From the human T2T-CHM13v2.0 reference genome, Homo sapiens: a stretch of 64,000 nucleotides of DNA. Below the pieces are notes generated by a model. The model searched no databases. It had not been told where the DNA came from and saw nothing but the letters and a program-made list of their open reading frames with translations. Positions within the stretch are counted from its first letter, which is position 1. Each line of letters starts with the position of its first letter. The stretch is from assembly GCF_009914755.1 (NCBI RefSeq), contig NC_060930.1, one strand, 5' to 3'. The position numbers and the translations under genes were made by a program. Positions 16,240 through 34,961 of this stretch are shown piece after piece.

Positions 16240-18152
16240 GCAGTAAAGTATACATAAGATGACATTTACCATATCAGCTATTTTAAAGTGTTCAGTGATA
16301 CTGGTACTGTTAATGATATTGATCATTAAGTACATTCACATTGCTGTGCAACCAGCATCATAATTTACTTCCAGAAGTTCTTCATCATTTCAAACCGAAA
16401 CTCTGTTCCAATTAAACAATAACTCTCCCTACGCCCCCGCCTCACCCACCTCCACACACACCCTGCCCCTGGCAGCCACCGTTCTACTTTCTGCCCCTGT
16501 GAATTTGACACCTCTCAATAGCTCATGTAAGTGGAATTATACAATATTTGTCTTTGTGTGTCTGGTTTATTTCACTAGCATAATTCTTTCAGGGTTCATC
16601 CACGCTGCAGCATGTATCAGAACTTCATCCCTTTTTATGGATAAATAATATTCCACTCTATGTGTATACCACATTTTGTTTATCCATTCATCTGTTAATG
16701 GACACTTAGGTTGCTTCCAGCTTTTAGCCATTATGAACAATGCTGCTCTGAACACTGGTGTACAAGTATCTCTGAGTCTCTGCTTTCAGTTCTTTTGCAC
16801 ATACCTAGCACATACCTAGGGGTAGAATTTCTGGATCATGTAGTAATTCTGTATTTACCTTTTTGAGGAACCGCCATATGTTTTCTCACAGTAGCTGTAT
16901 CGTTTTACCTTCCTGCCAACAATGTACAAAAGTTCCAAATTCTTGCCTTTCTCATCAACACTTGTTGTTTTACTTTTTTGATAATAATTATCCTAATGGT
17001 GTGAAATGGTATCTCGTGATTTTGATTTGCATTTCCCTCAAGCATCTTTCACATGTTCATTGGCCATTTGTGTATCATCTTTGTAGAAATGTCTGAGTCT
17101 TTTGCCTGGTCTTCAGTTATGTTGTTTTGCTGCTGTTGTTAGCTTGCAGGGGTTCTTTCTATTTTCTGGATATTAATCCCTTATCAGATATGTGATTTGT
17201 AAATATTTCCTCCCACTCTGTGGGATGCCTTTTACCTCTCTTGATAGTGTCCTTGATGCACACACTTTTAAATTTTGAAATCTAGTGTGTCTATTTGTTT
17301 TTTTGTTGCCTGTGCTTTTGGTGTCATATCCAAAAAATCATTGCCAAATCTAATATCATGAAGATGTTGCCCTCTGGTTTTTTCTGAGGGTTTCATAGTT
17401 TTAGCCTTTAAGTTTAGGTTTTTGACCTGTTTTGAGTTAATATTTGTATATGATGAAATATATGGGTCCAACTTCATTCATTTGCATGTGGATATCCAGT
17501 TTTTCCAGAACCATTTGTTGAAAAGACTGTCCTTTCCTCATTTTATGGTCATGGCATACTTTTTGAAAATTGATTGATCATATATGTGATGATGTATTTC
17601 TGGGCTCTCTATTTTATTCCATTGGACTATCTCTGTCATTTTGCTAGTACAATGCTGTTTTGATTACCATAGCTTTATAGTAAGTTTTGAAATTAGGAAG
17701 TATGACACCTCCGATTTTGTTCTAGTTTTTTAAGGTTGTTTTGGCTATTTAAAGGTTCCTTGAGATTCCACATTAATCTTAGTTTGAGTTTTTCTATTTT
17801 TGAAAAATATATCGTTGGGATATTGATAGGGATTGCATTGAATCTTTAGATTGACTTGGGTAATATCATTTTAACTATACGAAATCTTCCAGTCAATGAA
17901 CATAGGGTATCTTTCCATTTATTTATGTCTTCATTAATTTCTTTCAGCAGTGTTTTGCAGTTTTCAGTATATAAGTCTTGCTTCCTTAATTAAGTTTATT
18001 TCTAAGTATTTTATTCTTTTTGATGTTATTGTAAGTGACAATGCTTTTTAAATTTTTTTCAAATTGTTCATTGCTAGTGTATAAAAATGCAGTGGATTTT
18101 CATGCATTGATATTCTATCCTGTCACTTTGCTGAATTTATTAGCTATATAGG

Positions 18153-18193
<41 letters not shown>

Positions 18194-18420
18194 GTGTTAG
18201 GGTTTTCTATATATAAGATCATGTCTTCAGGAGGCTGAGGTGGGAGGATTGCTTGAGCCCAGAAGGCCAAGGCTGCAGTAAGCTGTGATTGTACCACTGC
18301 ACTCCATCCTGTCTTTAAAAAAAAAAAAAAAAAAAACAAGAAAACAAGATCATGTCTTCTGCAAAAAATAATAATAATAATAATAATAATTTAACTTTTT
18401 CCTTTCCATCTTACGTACCT
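16240..18420 (-). mobile_element. L1 (L1MB-like) 3' end and ORF2 fragment, containing (GT)n at 18154-18190 and an Alu monomer at 18229-18340
   Basis: Minus-strand peptides WKQPKCPLTDEWINKMWY and MKLDPY...TPKAQATK; the Alu monomer is flanked by aagatcatgtcttc. Confidence 0.9.
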
Positions 18421-18447
18421 TGTATTATTCACACTGTTTCAATATGA

Positions 18448-18810
<363 letters not shown>

Positions 18811-19573
18811 TCATACAAACATTGTAGGGTGCCATCTTCACAATGTGTGGAGCAGAAACAGAAGGAATTACCTCTTTTCACGTATTATATAGTTGTGTTT
18901 TGTTTTTTAGGTTATCTCATCCTTAAAATTTGGAAACTACCCCATCTCCCTGTCTTCAGTCTCTTGTCTTTTCCTATCTATGTTCCATACAACCAGTCAT
19001 CTTTGTAAAACATCCCTCTGTTCTTGCAGTTATGTTTTGAAAACGCTGATGGTTTTCCATTTCTATAAGATAAATTCCACCCTTCTTGGCACACTTAAAA
19101 TTCTATGTGATCTGGCTTTAATCAATTTCTTAAATCTCATATTCTATCTCCACACCCAATAGCCTATACACCAGACATATTGGACCCCATATGCATGACT
19201 GAACAAACCTTGTATTTTTCATTCTTCTGCCCTTTAACTCACATAATTTTCTTTATCTAAAATGTTTTCCTCCAAAATTTTCCTGGTAAAAATCTGAGTT
19301 TTTCAAGGTGGAGTCCAACTGTTCCTTGCTCTCTGAAACTTTCCTTCCCGTCCTCAAGCGTATTTATTGCTACCTATTATGTGCTTTTGTTAAACTGGCT
19401 TTATAGATCAAACTTAAAGAATTATCCTAGAATATCAAAATTGGTTGTACATATTTCAGCCTCCTTGGAAATAGTGACCCCCTTGGGCAAGAAAGACTGT
19501 ATTCTTTGTCTCTCCAATGTCCAGCTCCTATAGAAATATTTCAAGAAGAGCATTGTATTTGAACATTCATTCT

Positions 19574-19872
19574 TTTTTGTTGTTGTTGTTGAGACGGAGT
19601 CTCACTCCGTCGCTCAGGCTGGAGTGCAGCGGCATGATCTCGGCTCACTGCAACTTCTGCCTCCTGGGTTCAAGCAATTGTCCTGCCTCAGTGTCCCGAT
19701 TAGCTGGGATTATAGGCATGCGCCACGACGCCAAGCTAATTTTTCTATTTTTAGTAGAGATGGGGTTTCACCATGTTGACCAGGTTGGTCTCGAACCTCT
19801 GACCTCAGGTGATTCACCCGCCTCGGCCTACCAAAGTACTGGGATTACAGGCGTGAGCCACCGCACCTGGCC
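19574..19872 (-). mobile_element. Alu (AluS-like)
   Basis: TSD tgaacattcattctt. Confidence 0.95.
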
Positions 19873-20838
19873 TGAACATTCATTCTTCCTGGCTGCCTTA
19901 AGAGCATGTTTTATGTCTTGCAACTACAGATTCAGTCTTTACCTTTTTTTCTATCTAAGCAACAAATGGCAGTTTATCAGAAATAAATATAATCCTCCCA
20001 TCATCTCCCAATTTCCTGAATCAAGCACCAGATTTCCACTGCAGCTAAAAAACAAAGGATTATGAATCTGAAAGCCCTGCCTGGTTTACTTTTGTGTGAA
20101 AGTGACTGAGACATTACCGTTTATAATAATAAATGTGTCATAGGCCAGCCAGCAGTGTGTCCCGGGACGATGAGGTAATCAAAAGAGCCGTGTCCATGGT
20201 TATCAATGTGCCTTTTTGGGTCTCTAATCCTCAAGTCCTGAAGTCTAACATAATATAGATGTAAATCACGAACCTAAAGGATCATGAGAAATAAATACAG
20301 TAACTCAGGACTGATTCAAACCCAACTTGGGGGAGAAAACAAAGACCCAGTTGTCCATACCGGGTCCCTTAGTATCAGACCCACTGTATACTGCCCTGAT
20401 TAATAGCATCTGAGTCAAGGGAGAGGTTAGAAGACTTTGTCCATTCAGAGAAACAGGACTGTAGTAAAACCTCACACACTTAGACTTCAAAGAGAGAAGC
20501 TTGTTTTGTTTAGGAAAAAGTTAATATAAGTATTATCAAGCATTTAGAACAAGCTGCTAAGAAAGCATTATTAAGCATTGGTTTATGAGACCCCTTTCAG
20601 AGGGCTGGTCAGAACCATTAGCTAGATATAAATTGTGAGAATGAAATGGGTTCTTCTTAATAGTTGGAACATTTCATTCTCTTCAGCATTTCTTTATTCA
20701 TTTGGGAGACGTTTATGGAGCCCTTGCTATATAGCAGGCATTGTGCTAGATGTTTGAGTTATAAAAGTAAAGGAGAAAGAGAAAGGTCCTTTTCTGACAG
20801 TTTATGCTGTAGAGCAGAGGTTAAAATCACATCCATGT

Positions 20839-21180
<342 letters not shown>

Positions 21181-22766
21181 TCACACTCGTGTATGCACAC
21201 AGATTTGAGATGCCATATACACATTTGCATTACTAACTTCTTACCAAACTATTTCTTCATAGATGGCCCGCAAATAAATTCAGCCTGTCTTAGTTAGACC
21301 TAGGGCCAGAAATACCATATGCTTCCTCCTCTCAGAGCACGGTCTTCCAGAAGTTCTGAAGAGTGACTTCTCTTTTGGCTGAGAGGCGTAGGTGATGATA
21401 GGCTAGTCAGCAATGCAGTTTTTTGAAGCAGTTGATTTACTCTGTGTATTTTGCTAGCTGACTTTCTGCCAACACCCATGCCCACCTCTGGTCATGCTGT
21501 TCAGAGCTACAACCCACCACCATCACCACTGAAGTTTGCTTGAACTTGATTGTAATCCTAAGGTATATATATGACCCTTGCCCCTCTTACTCTGGCTTTA
21601 GCCTGTTCTGCATTTTTATGAAGAGTTGGCCAGAAACCCCATCCAAAATATTCATTCTCATTATTTTAGATTTTCCTCTGTGGCAGAGCAGTTAATTTCA
21701 GAATTCAGCCACCACGGGTTATAGGCGCTTTGAATATTTTTTGTGCAAGAGCCGGAGCTTTTCTGTTTTCTATCGATTCCTTTCTAGAATACAGAGATGT
21801 GAATAGCCCACTGGCTCGAATCAGGAATGCCCAGGCCATGAAAGTTTTAGGGATCACAAGGCCTTTGTCACCAGACCTCAATGCCTATATTGATGCCTGT
21901 CATGCCTTAGGATTTCATTTGCATTGATTTCATAGGCTTCCCCACCCCAATCGCTGAAATTAGATAATCGCGTGTTGCCTCACAATAAATCCATATGCAC
22001 ATTCCTAGTTTCCAAGAGTGTAAAGTACTAAAGATAGTTACCAGGGGAAGTGAAAAATAGATTTCCCTTTGCCAGAGAAGAATCTGTTTTGTGCTGTTTT
22101 CCATTAATAATAAACTTCTGTTGGGAGTGCTAAAAGTTTTAAAAGAGATTTTTGGTTGAGAGCTTAGCTCGATTTCTTATTAAATGTCTGCACATTTATT
22201 TATTATTTTTCATTTTAATTTAGTTTGGTAAGTTTATTTTTTCCTTTGCCTCCTGCAGGGAGGGGTGATTGTAAGAGTTCTCAAGCTTTGTGCCCTAAGA
22301 TTCAGTTTATTTTCTAGTTAAGAAGACATTTAAAGAAATTATGATCTCTGTTTTACCGGGTTTTCTAGTTTTTTGCTAATGTAAGTTGTAAATCATGGTT
22401 TTTCTGTTTTTAGAAAGCTGGTGGGTAAGAGTTAGTGATCTATACCTGGTACTTGAATATTAACAAAAATGTTTGCTGTGAAAGATCTTTCCAAATGAAA
22501 GGTCATTTGATGGCAATCTTATTTAAAATTTTTTAAGAATATATATAATGTATGAAGAAAAATGAAAGCAACAACCATGACAACAAAGCACAAGATGGGC
22601 TAGAGTCATCTTTACCGTTCAGTAGATTTTTCACTTCATAGCAAAATGTGTTCCAGGAAAAGCTGGAATTGTGTTTCTGTAGCTGGAGTTCCTTACCAGG
22701 ATGGAGGACCTCTAGGGAAATGTTGTTTTGAGTGAGTAAAGCAAGTCATCGTTTCATAACTGATCA

Positions 22767-22967
<201 letters not shown>

Positions 22968-24139
22968 TTATAACTGTGGGCTTGTGGCCTTATAACACCA
23001 CCTTACCTCCATGTGTGCACTCTTCATAGCCTTCCATTCAACCATATGTACATTTTTGTCACTAATTTGGTTTGAGGTAGAGAGAGCCATGTGGTTGAAC
23101 TGTGTCCAAAACTTTGGGCCACAGACACAGAATGCCGTGGAGCTATTTTCAATGTTTCCTTGATTGAGGACTTCCAAGGTCTCAACTAAAATATCCCCAG
23201 ATTATAAGATCTTTTAGTTGGCACCTTTTAAATCTTTTTGGGACTTTCTAAAATTGTAAACCATAAACATGTGCCTCTCCAGTGGCCAGGTTTTACTTAG
23301 AGTTTTCAATGTCCTTTCACCAGCCTCAATAACAGACATTGTCTTCAAGCCAGAGGATTTAGTTTCGAAGTTTTGGAAGGAAAGGTAGTCACAGCCCTAG
23401 TCGAAATAGAACATTCTGAAAGATAATTTGCTAATAACAATTCTGGTATGTGCCGAAAGCCAGGGCACCGGCAGAAGTTCCTTTTAAGTGGTTCTTGTGG
23501 CAAATGGCTTAATTTCCATTATGACACAAGAAAAGGTTAACAGTGTAATCCCTTTTTATAGAATATGGCGGAAGAACAGTGCACACACTCATAAGGTGGC
23601 CTGAGCAGTTGTGATTTCACTGCTTTTTGGAGCAGAGTGGCAGCATCCTTCTACTTGTATAACCACTGTCGTCTTTTATAGAATCTGCTATTGTGAGCTC
23701 AACTCAAAATTTTAAAGGTTGACTATTCTTGCTGTGTTTATTTTGAATTTTATTTTATTTTATTTTTTACTAGAGTAACTTTTAGACACTAGGTTAAAAT
23801 TTACCAGATGTTTTATTTTTACATTTCAAAGGTGTTAACATATAAACCTATATCATTAGCTTCATCATGTGGAAAAGTCTGACCGCAAAGATTTCTTTAA
23901 TGGCAGCATATGATGAATTTACAAAATCTGCTCCCACCTATAAATATTCCCAGCAATCTAAAAAAATGTGTACAATTTTTATAGTTTTGCTGACTTGGAT
24001 GGCAGTGAATATTGATTAGATGCATAAATTATGTGAAGAGTGACACATACTGTAGTACTTCAGTCGGCGTTGTAGGTCCGGTGAAAGTATCCCCAAGAAA
24101 ATGATGGATTTTATTTCTACTGTCTTTGTCTTCTTGTAA

Positions 24140-24448
<309 letters not shown>

Positions 24449-24653
24449 TAAGAGAGGATAGATTCCAAGTATAAAAATAACTTTCATTTCTGAATAAGCG
24501 TTTTGCTTTTTAATGGTGTTTACTTTTTTTTCCACTGCATCTCTTTTCCTAAGGGATCTTTTCATAACTCTGAGTGTGTGGGTTTAAATTTAAAAGGGTT
24601 CTAATTGGCAAGATGCTTTTTGGTTTACAGCTAGAAAATGGTTCTACTTATTA

Positions 24654-25195
<542 letters not shown>

Positions 25196-26352
25196 GTAAA
25201 TTTTTTAAAAATATAAAATAATGTATACTGATCTTAGTCTTTTAATGTGTTTGAGACCTTCATATGATTATTCTGATTTTTATGGATAATTCTTATAAAT
25301 TTTCATTTTATTTCGCTGGGTAGGAGATTATAGGAGGAAGTATTACTCTGTATTTTAATAAAACCATGATTCTGAAACTAAAATGATAGTAAAATAAGAA
25401 TATATTAAAGTTCTTACTAAAAGAGTAAAAGTAATAATTCCTTTAATCTACAGCTTAGGGTGAGACTAAAGGAAAAATCAGTCCATTGGAAAAATATACA
25501 TAGTGAGAGGTTTTGAGAAATGCCCGTTTTGTTCCGTCTGGTTATAAGCTGCCCAGGAGCCATTGCTTAGGTGGCTTCTTGTCACTTCTTCTCTTCTGCC
25601 CTCCCATTCCCAGTCTTTTCTCTGGGACAGGGGCCAAAGTTTTCAGGCATGTATTTGTTGAGTCCCTAAGATCACCATGTTTCCACAAAGTTACACAAGA
25701 AGGAAGCTGTTGCCTCTACTAGGCCCTGGAAACCAGGCCTTCACCCTGCGTGGGCAAGAGAGGAGACTGGTTAAGCTCAGACTTGAGTCAGACCTGGGGC
25801 TCAGATCCAAATCTCCCACCTATTAGCTCTGTATCTGTGGCCAGGCACTTCATCTCTTTGTTATTTGATGTGAAGATCTTCTGCCCTTCCCGTCAACTGT
25901 CATTCTTAAAATACTTGAGTTCCCATAAAAGTGCTATTTTTGTACATGCCATTAACATGGTAGTAATGGCTTATATTCATGTATCAGCAGATAGGCTAGA
26001 ATTGTCAGAACAAACTTAATGTAAAAGTGCATACTTGGTTACACTTTTACCAAACACATAATCAATTTATTTTCTATTTCAGAAGGCATTATTGTGTAAG
26101 TGGGTTTAAGGGTGGGTCTGGTATGATTTTAGTAAGCATGTTTGGACTTAGTACTGTCTGTGAAGTGTAAGTAGTTATTGTACTGAAATAATCTAGGGCC
26201 CTACAGTGCTGATGACGTCGTCTCATGGAGTGTGTGGGTGTGTGTTCCATACCTGTTATGTCGGAAGGCACTCTCATGGCAGGCCCATTTGGCTCTTTGA
26301 CTTTGGGAACTAACCAGGCACATCTTTATCATTACTGATTTCTGCAGTTTCA

Positions 26353-26734
<382 letters not shown>

Positions 26735-27350
26735 CATATCAAGGGCCACATTGATAAAAACAAATGACAAAATAACCCAGATACTATATAATCTGAGGAT
26801 ACCTATTTTTAAAAAATTAATTTAAGATAGATTACGGATACAATTTGGTCTGTTTCTTTCATTTGGTTGAACCTTGTGGAACTCGAGATACTAGACAGCT
26901 TTTGACCTATAAAAGTGGTGATTTCCTTTGTCCAACCTAATACATACATACCACAGAGGATATGCCACATTTCCCCTGCTAGCTGATTATATTTCAGTAC
27001 AGATATTTGTAATCTAATTTGGTTTAGAGATTGGCATTTCAGTTTGCAATCCCAGTTTTTTATTGTGCTCTTGGGAACAACGCTGGGGAAGTTGGGGATA
27101 AGAGGATTTCCATTACTTGTTCAATGTTACTGATTGATTACATGTCAATTCCTTGTTAAATCATTTGCCCTAGCGCCGGTCCTTATTTAATGGATGGGTT
27201 GGGGAGATACCCAGGCACTATTGTTATTCGTAAGTAGAATTTAGACTGCGGGCCATCTCCAACCTAAGCCTGCTTATTAGAATCATAGGTTGCCCTTCAC
27301 TTGTTTTGAGTCCATTTGAATGTTGTCACAATTACCCATTGTATCAAAAT

Positions 27351-27443
27351 TCTTTTTTTTGTTTTTTTTTTTTTTTTTGGAGATGGAGTCTCACTCTGTC
27401 GCCCAAGCTGGAGTGCAGTGGCACTATCTCGGCTCACTGCAAC
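27351..27443 (-). mobile_element. Heavily 5'-truncated Alu
   Basis: TSD caaaattctt. Confidence 0.9.
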
Positions 27444-30400
27444 AAAATTCTTAGAACGATAGTCAGTCATGAGACAAATCATTTGGAAAGCAATATTTTA
27501 ACACAACCAAATTTTTTTACAATATAATTTCTATCAAAATATCCTTTTATTCTCTTCTCTATGCCGTTCATCTCCCTCTTTGTACCACACCACACTACTA
27601 ACTTTCTAATGTTCACTCTAATATTTATTATTAGTATTATGCTAATAGCATCACATAATTAGTTTATAAAAGGATGCAAATCTCTTCTTACACTGAGCAT
27701 TTGAACCAAAGTGTAGGTTGAAACAATGCCATCTTGAGCATTCTTTCATTTATTTATGTGCAAGCATTTATTGAGTACCCACTATGTGCCAGTCCTTGTA
27801 CACAGGGAGCTTGGGTTTGAGAAAAGGATTAGATTAATAGATGGCGTGGTTGTGGACTTCATTGAGATTTTCCTGCCTATTGTGATAGGTGCACACAGAA
27901 AGTCCAGCAAGCCCCAGCAAAGAGGGTCTGGGAGCCTTCCCAGAGAAGGTGGTTGACACTGAGGAAGAGCTTTCCAGGAGAAGGAGAAATGTGTGTCAGG
28001 AGAGGCAGCAGCAAAGTCAGAGGTCTAGATGAAGAGCTGAGTAAATCGGAAAACTTGGGTAATATGAGAAAATTAGGTCAAGTAATATGAAGCATTTCTC
28101 TCTCTCAGTATTTTGACTTCTAGGGTATAGATTCTATTCTTTACTTATTTTTATTTATAAATTGGTTCTGTAATAGGTTGTTTCCTTATTTCTGCAAACT
28201 TTAAATTTATATAATTTATGTTTTTTATCTTGTCTTTGAGGTCTCATTTAATTGAATTCACGTTCTTATTAAATTATTTTATAGAGAGAAGCAACTATTA
28301 GGAATTTCTTCCTGTTCCTTGAGTTGAGATGATGAAGTGATGAGAGCAAAGATTGGCTTTTTGTTTTTATCTATGCTTCTTCTTTTCCCCCTCTCTTTGC
28401 CGTAGTTTGTTTGTATAGTTGTCATGTCCTTGGTCCTGTTTGGGTGGCTCTGATCACGTTCTCCATTTGTGCTGATATTGAGGGTTATGTTTTGACCTGT
28501 TTGCCATGCTATCTGACAATAGATTTTTTTTTTTTTTCTCCTTTCAAGATACAGTTGAGGGCTTCATTTTGTGGTCCATTTATGTTTGTTGTTGCTACAA
28601 CCTGGCCATGATATATGGTGAAATGTGGTCTTCATTGGGATAGCTGGACTCTGCCTTTTCTCTCCTGAAACTGTGTTGAATGTGCCGTATCGTAATTGAT
28701 GCCACCTGGTTCATAGCTGGGGTAATTGGTAGAACATAGCCATTCTGCCTTTCATTCATTTTTTGAATTTTAGAGACTGTATTTCAATCAAGAACAACCT
28801 CACTTGACTTTCCATCGTTTCACTCATTGCTCTTCTGTAGCCATTTCCACTGCTGTTAGGTCAGAAAAAGATAAAGAGGTCACACAGTTTCCTTCCAGAT
28901 TTGGAGTCACATGAAAGGATTCTGTGGATTCCTGCCAGCCTGGCTTTTGTAGAAGTTGTGGGCCTTTTCCAGTGGGCCTCAGAAATTTGTTTCTTACCTT
29001 AGTCATGGAGTTTAGTACATTAGATTATGTAGCTTTCTCTCTTTGGTTGCTCTTGGCGCAATATTTTTGCTAGTTTTTAGTGTTTTATTGTTTGTTTGTT
29101 TGTTTGTTTTTTCTTCTTGGGGGGCTTTTGCTCATTTTGTTAGTCGTTGTGAGAAGAATATTCTGTGGTTCAGTGTTCAGCAGAGTTCATGACCTGATTG
29201 TTTTGCCAATTGGATGACCACAAAGAACCTTTCTAGCTCTAAATAATTCCTCTCTGAAGGTATTTAGTCTAGATTTCTTCAATTTGGAACTTGAAGTAAA
29301 TTTGCTTATTTATTCTGCAAACAGAAGGAGATTAACGTTAAGGTTGTAGATCGTCAGTCTAGGAGGTAACATTGGACCCTCCTGCCTCCAGCTTCGACAG
29401 ATGACCACTGACCTGGTGGCATAAGTTTGGCTTGGAGGAATGGTCTTGGTGGTCCCACCTTCCCTCCATTGCCATTTGGCTCCATCAGTTCTCTGTATTT
29501 CTACATTGCCATTTGCCTAGACAAGGTTGTTTGGCAGCCCTGTCGGAGAAGTCATCGTGCCTGATACATGAGTCATTCAGCCTAAGATGCCATAAAAGTA
29601 ATGTGACTTTGCAAACACCACCCAATCCCTTAGGAGACTTACGGCTTCTGGGATGAACACTTTCATCAGCTCCAGAAACTAGCGCCTTAAATGCGTATGT
29701 AATTGCCCTACTTGGCAGTCCTGTTCTGAATCATCCTTTTTCCATGGCATGTGAGAATTGGATGCCCTTGGGAATGAGTGGGTTTGGTGTTTTGCTTTAG
29801 TCTTCAGTGTGTCTGATCCCATAGATTTGCTCTGGATAACACTACCCCACTCTGAACAGAGGGACCTGTAGAGCTGTAGATTACCTTCCCAACACTTTGT
29901 TTCCTAACTCACCTATTTAATATGAAACAATACGTTTCTCTGACCTATGGTCAGGGTGACAAAGCCCCAGGCAGAAATGTCTTCCAAAGATTTACAGAGT
30001 GAAGGAGAAGCCAGTCCTCTCGCCTCTACTTACCACTCTCTCCCCCCACCCATTCAGGAGGAAAGGCATTCTCTGCTCTGTGGCAACCTGCAGAATTGGG
30101 GTGGGAGGATTCACTTTTGTTTTATGTCTCCCTAGATCTGGCTGTAGGACTCCTGAGATTTTGTATTTTTCTCCCTTCTCCTCATGGGGGCGATTAAAAA
30201 CGATTCAAAGTTCATGAGTTTAAGAAATAGATTGCAGTTGATTAGGGAACATAACATCCATTTGCTGCTCCTTTGGTTTTATGGTTAAATTTTAAAGCAG
30301 TTTCTTAAGTGAATTAAGTGCTGACAAGCCTTTGCCCCAAAGGAATGGTAATATTACCTCAAATTCTCACATACTTTTTCCAAATAAAACTATCATGTAA

Positions 30401-33400
30401 TTATCTTCTTCTCTCTGCCGCCGCCTCCTCCTCCGTCTCTTTCTTCAAATCTGGCAACAACTAGTTAATTTTGAAACTGCCAGAGAGATTATTTCAGTGT
30501 TCCACTGTACCTCTGGGAGAAGAATGGAATCTCATCTTTTTTTTTCCATATGCTAACCAAAATCTCCTAATTTCAGAGGGCAATGATGTCACCAGCTAAT
30601 GAGCAAAATATTTCTTACTAAACAGATGAGTCCTCCCCTGACTCCTTTGTGATAAAAGAAAAAAAAAACTTACCCACAGTGTGTTTCATATTTTCTACTG
30701 TTACTTCTAGCAACTCATAAACACACTTTCAAGTAACTCTAACTTATTTGAACAGTGAGACTAATTTTTTTCTAAATACGAAGAATAACACATTAACCTG
30801 ATGACTGTGACCAAAAGGCCTCTGCCACGGCCCCAGAGTCAGTGCAGTGCCCCTGAGGTAGGGAGGGACTTTCGGTGCTTCACTTTTTGGACCGTGGAGG
30901 GAGATCAGGCAGTTGGAGAGATTATGAAATCAAGCTTGGGGAAGAGGAGGGCCGGGAAGCTCCTGTTGACTGGTGTCACATGCTGTTTATAAAAGCAACA
31001 ACATCAGCTGAGCTCTTCTTTGTCTAGATAGGAGGGCATCTAAGGTTGGGATGGGGTGGGTGGGAGAAGTAGGGCCCCAGGGCCATGTAAATACTGGACT
31101 AGGCTCATGTAGGGACATGGAAATATCCCTAAACCCATGGCAGTTTCCTCTTCCCCTCACGGAAGTGTGCCTCAATTTCCTTACCCAGAGATGAGTCTTC
31201 CCACATCGGAATTCCTATATCTCTGTGTTTTTCTCTTGCGGTTGTCGCGGTTGACCTTAACATTAATCATATTTCTGAACTTCTCTTGGGGCTGTCCCTA
31301 CCCTCAGACGTCTAGATGATAACCTTTATAAACCCAGGGAATGCTGGCTTCCTCCTATTGCTATTCCTTGCCTTTCCTAATGCCTTGAATCAGTGCATTC
31401 ATTCATTTGTTCATTTCAATCAGGAAATATCTGTTTAGCACAAACATAGATATTTATTTATCTAAGTGGAAAAGAATATTGTAATTCTCAGTGTTGGTAA
31501 CTGCTCCTGAGATTTTAAAACGATACAACATTTTTTCAGAGCAAGTTGTTGATATGTATCAAAAGTCCTAAAGACACACCCTTTTACCCGTCAATTCTAC
31601 AGTCGAGTCATCTTTCTAAAAAAAAAAAGAATGTGTTAGACATGTTAGAAATTTTACCACAAAGTGTGCATCCAAGGATTATTTGAAAAATTGGAAACAG
31701 GCAAATGTCTAATTACGGGGGACCATGATATCAGTAAATTATGGTATACTTTGATGGCTAAATACTACTGCATCATTAATACATTGTATTGTATTGACTA
31801 TTTCTTGACATGCGAAAATATTCAAAACATACAGCTTTAAAAAATGGGCTATGAAACAGTGTGGCTACGGTGCACACCAGGGGCCTGGGGTTTCTCTAAA
31901 GGAAAATCTTTTGAGGCAGCCGTGACCCAGAGAAGGTCCCCACTTACAGGCAAATGTGTTATTTCTACTTAGACTGTGCGTGTGCATTTGAGGGAGGATT
32001 TGGGGACACTGATAGTGACTAGAGGAGTTGGAGGAGGTAAAGATCAAAGATAACCCTTTCTTGTAAAAAAAAAAAAAAGAAACATACAGAAACATCAGGG
32101 TGTATTTTGTGTGTGCATGTGCATATGTGTGTGTATGGGGAAAAAGTGGGAAGGCATAAACCAAAATATTACCAAGTTTTCTGAGTATGGGATGATACGT
32201 CATTTCTCTTACTACTTTGTGCATTTTTGCATTCTCCAAATTTTTAATAATATATGTCATGTGTAGTCAGAAACAATAAATGCTACTAACATACAGATGT
32301 GGAAATGAATATGGTCATGTACATTGTCTGCATGACAGTTAGTGATGGGCTAGGGAATCTAGCAATGCCAATATATGTGTGAAGTCCTTGGATAAAGTAT
32401 CTTTAGTCTAAGGTAGATGAGGAGCAAAGCCAGGAGAGCTTTCCAGAGGAGGCAATATGCAGACTGAAACTTGAAGGATGCATAGGAGTTAGGGGTGTGG
32501 ATGCAATCAGCAGAGCTGTTTGCAGAAGATGAGCCATCAGGGCAGTGATGGGCATGGGGTGTTTGAGATGCTGCAAGGAAGCAGGGGGTGAGACCGGGTG
32601 CTCTGGTGCCCTTTCTACCACGTGGTATCTGAAGAGTGGAGCACAATGTACCAGAAACTGAATCTGACCGCACACAGTCACATATTCCACTATAAGGCCT
32701 TTGGACCTTGTTCCAAGGAGCTAATGAGGACCAATTCCTCACCATAGGAGTCAAATACTGAAGTCCCTTCTCAGCAAATTTGCACATCTACTGTGTTCAA
32801 GCCCGCCACCCAGAGAACAGGACCAGCAGTGGCCTTCCCTCACAAAGTCTATCTCCCAATCTGTCCCTCACCAGGGAGCTTCCTAGGGTGGCCTGGCTCA
32901 GTCTAGTCTTCCAAATATCCCCCAGTTTACTCTGACACATGGCCAGGGCTGAGAGCCACAGGGCTGGGGAGTCTCAACTTCTTCATTCCACAGTGATCGC
33001 ACCAGTATTTATGGGTGGGCACTAGGAATGCAAGGAGCAGGAGATCAGACAAGGCTCCTGGCCCGGGGAGCCTCCTGTTTTCTGAAAGTCAAGCCATGGT
33101 ACGTCCTCACAAAGGGCCCAACATCGAGTATCTTGATAAATACCTGAATGACTCCCTGAGAGGCGTGGCAGTGAGGTTAAAAAGGGGTGGACAAGGTCGG
33201 CTCTCTCTCCCATCCTCTTAGGACACTCTCCAAGTCCTGTGCTGTGAGGAGAGGCCGCTCAGGGGAAGTACTGGGGATGTATCCTTCCCGCCACCCTCCC
33301 CAAAGTATCTGGATAAATCAGTGCATGAACTTCATGTGTATTTCACATGGAACGAGGGCTTCCTTACCTGCCAAGCTCTAGACTTCACATTCAAGGTCTC

Positions 33401-33602
33401 ATTTTATCCTCTAGAGAGCCCTAGGAGGCTTCTCACTGCCTATCTTAGAAATGAGAGAAGAAACATGCCCACAGCCACAGGCTCTTCCCATGTGGCACAG
33501 AGGGGATCTGAACCTGCATTGGCTCAGAGTCTTCTCTATATCTGAACAGCCTGTCCAGAACCAGCCTCAGATGCTGGCCATATGACAAGCTTTCACACGT
33601 AA

Positions 33603-34372
<770 letters not shown>

Positions 34373-34495
34373 TGGTTGTTGGGTTTTTAAGTGGTCTTTG
34401 CTATTTACACAGCACCTAAAAGAACAGTTTGTGAAAATTAGGTGTTATTTGAACTCCAGTGAGTTATGAATAGAAGACTGCAGAGTTAATAATAA

Positions 34496-34961
<466 letters not shown>

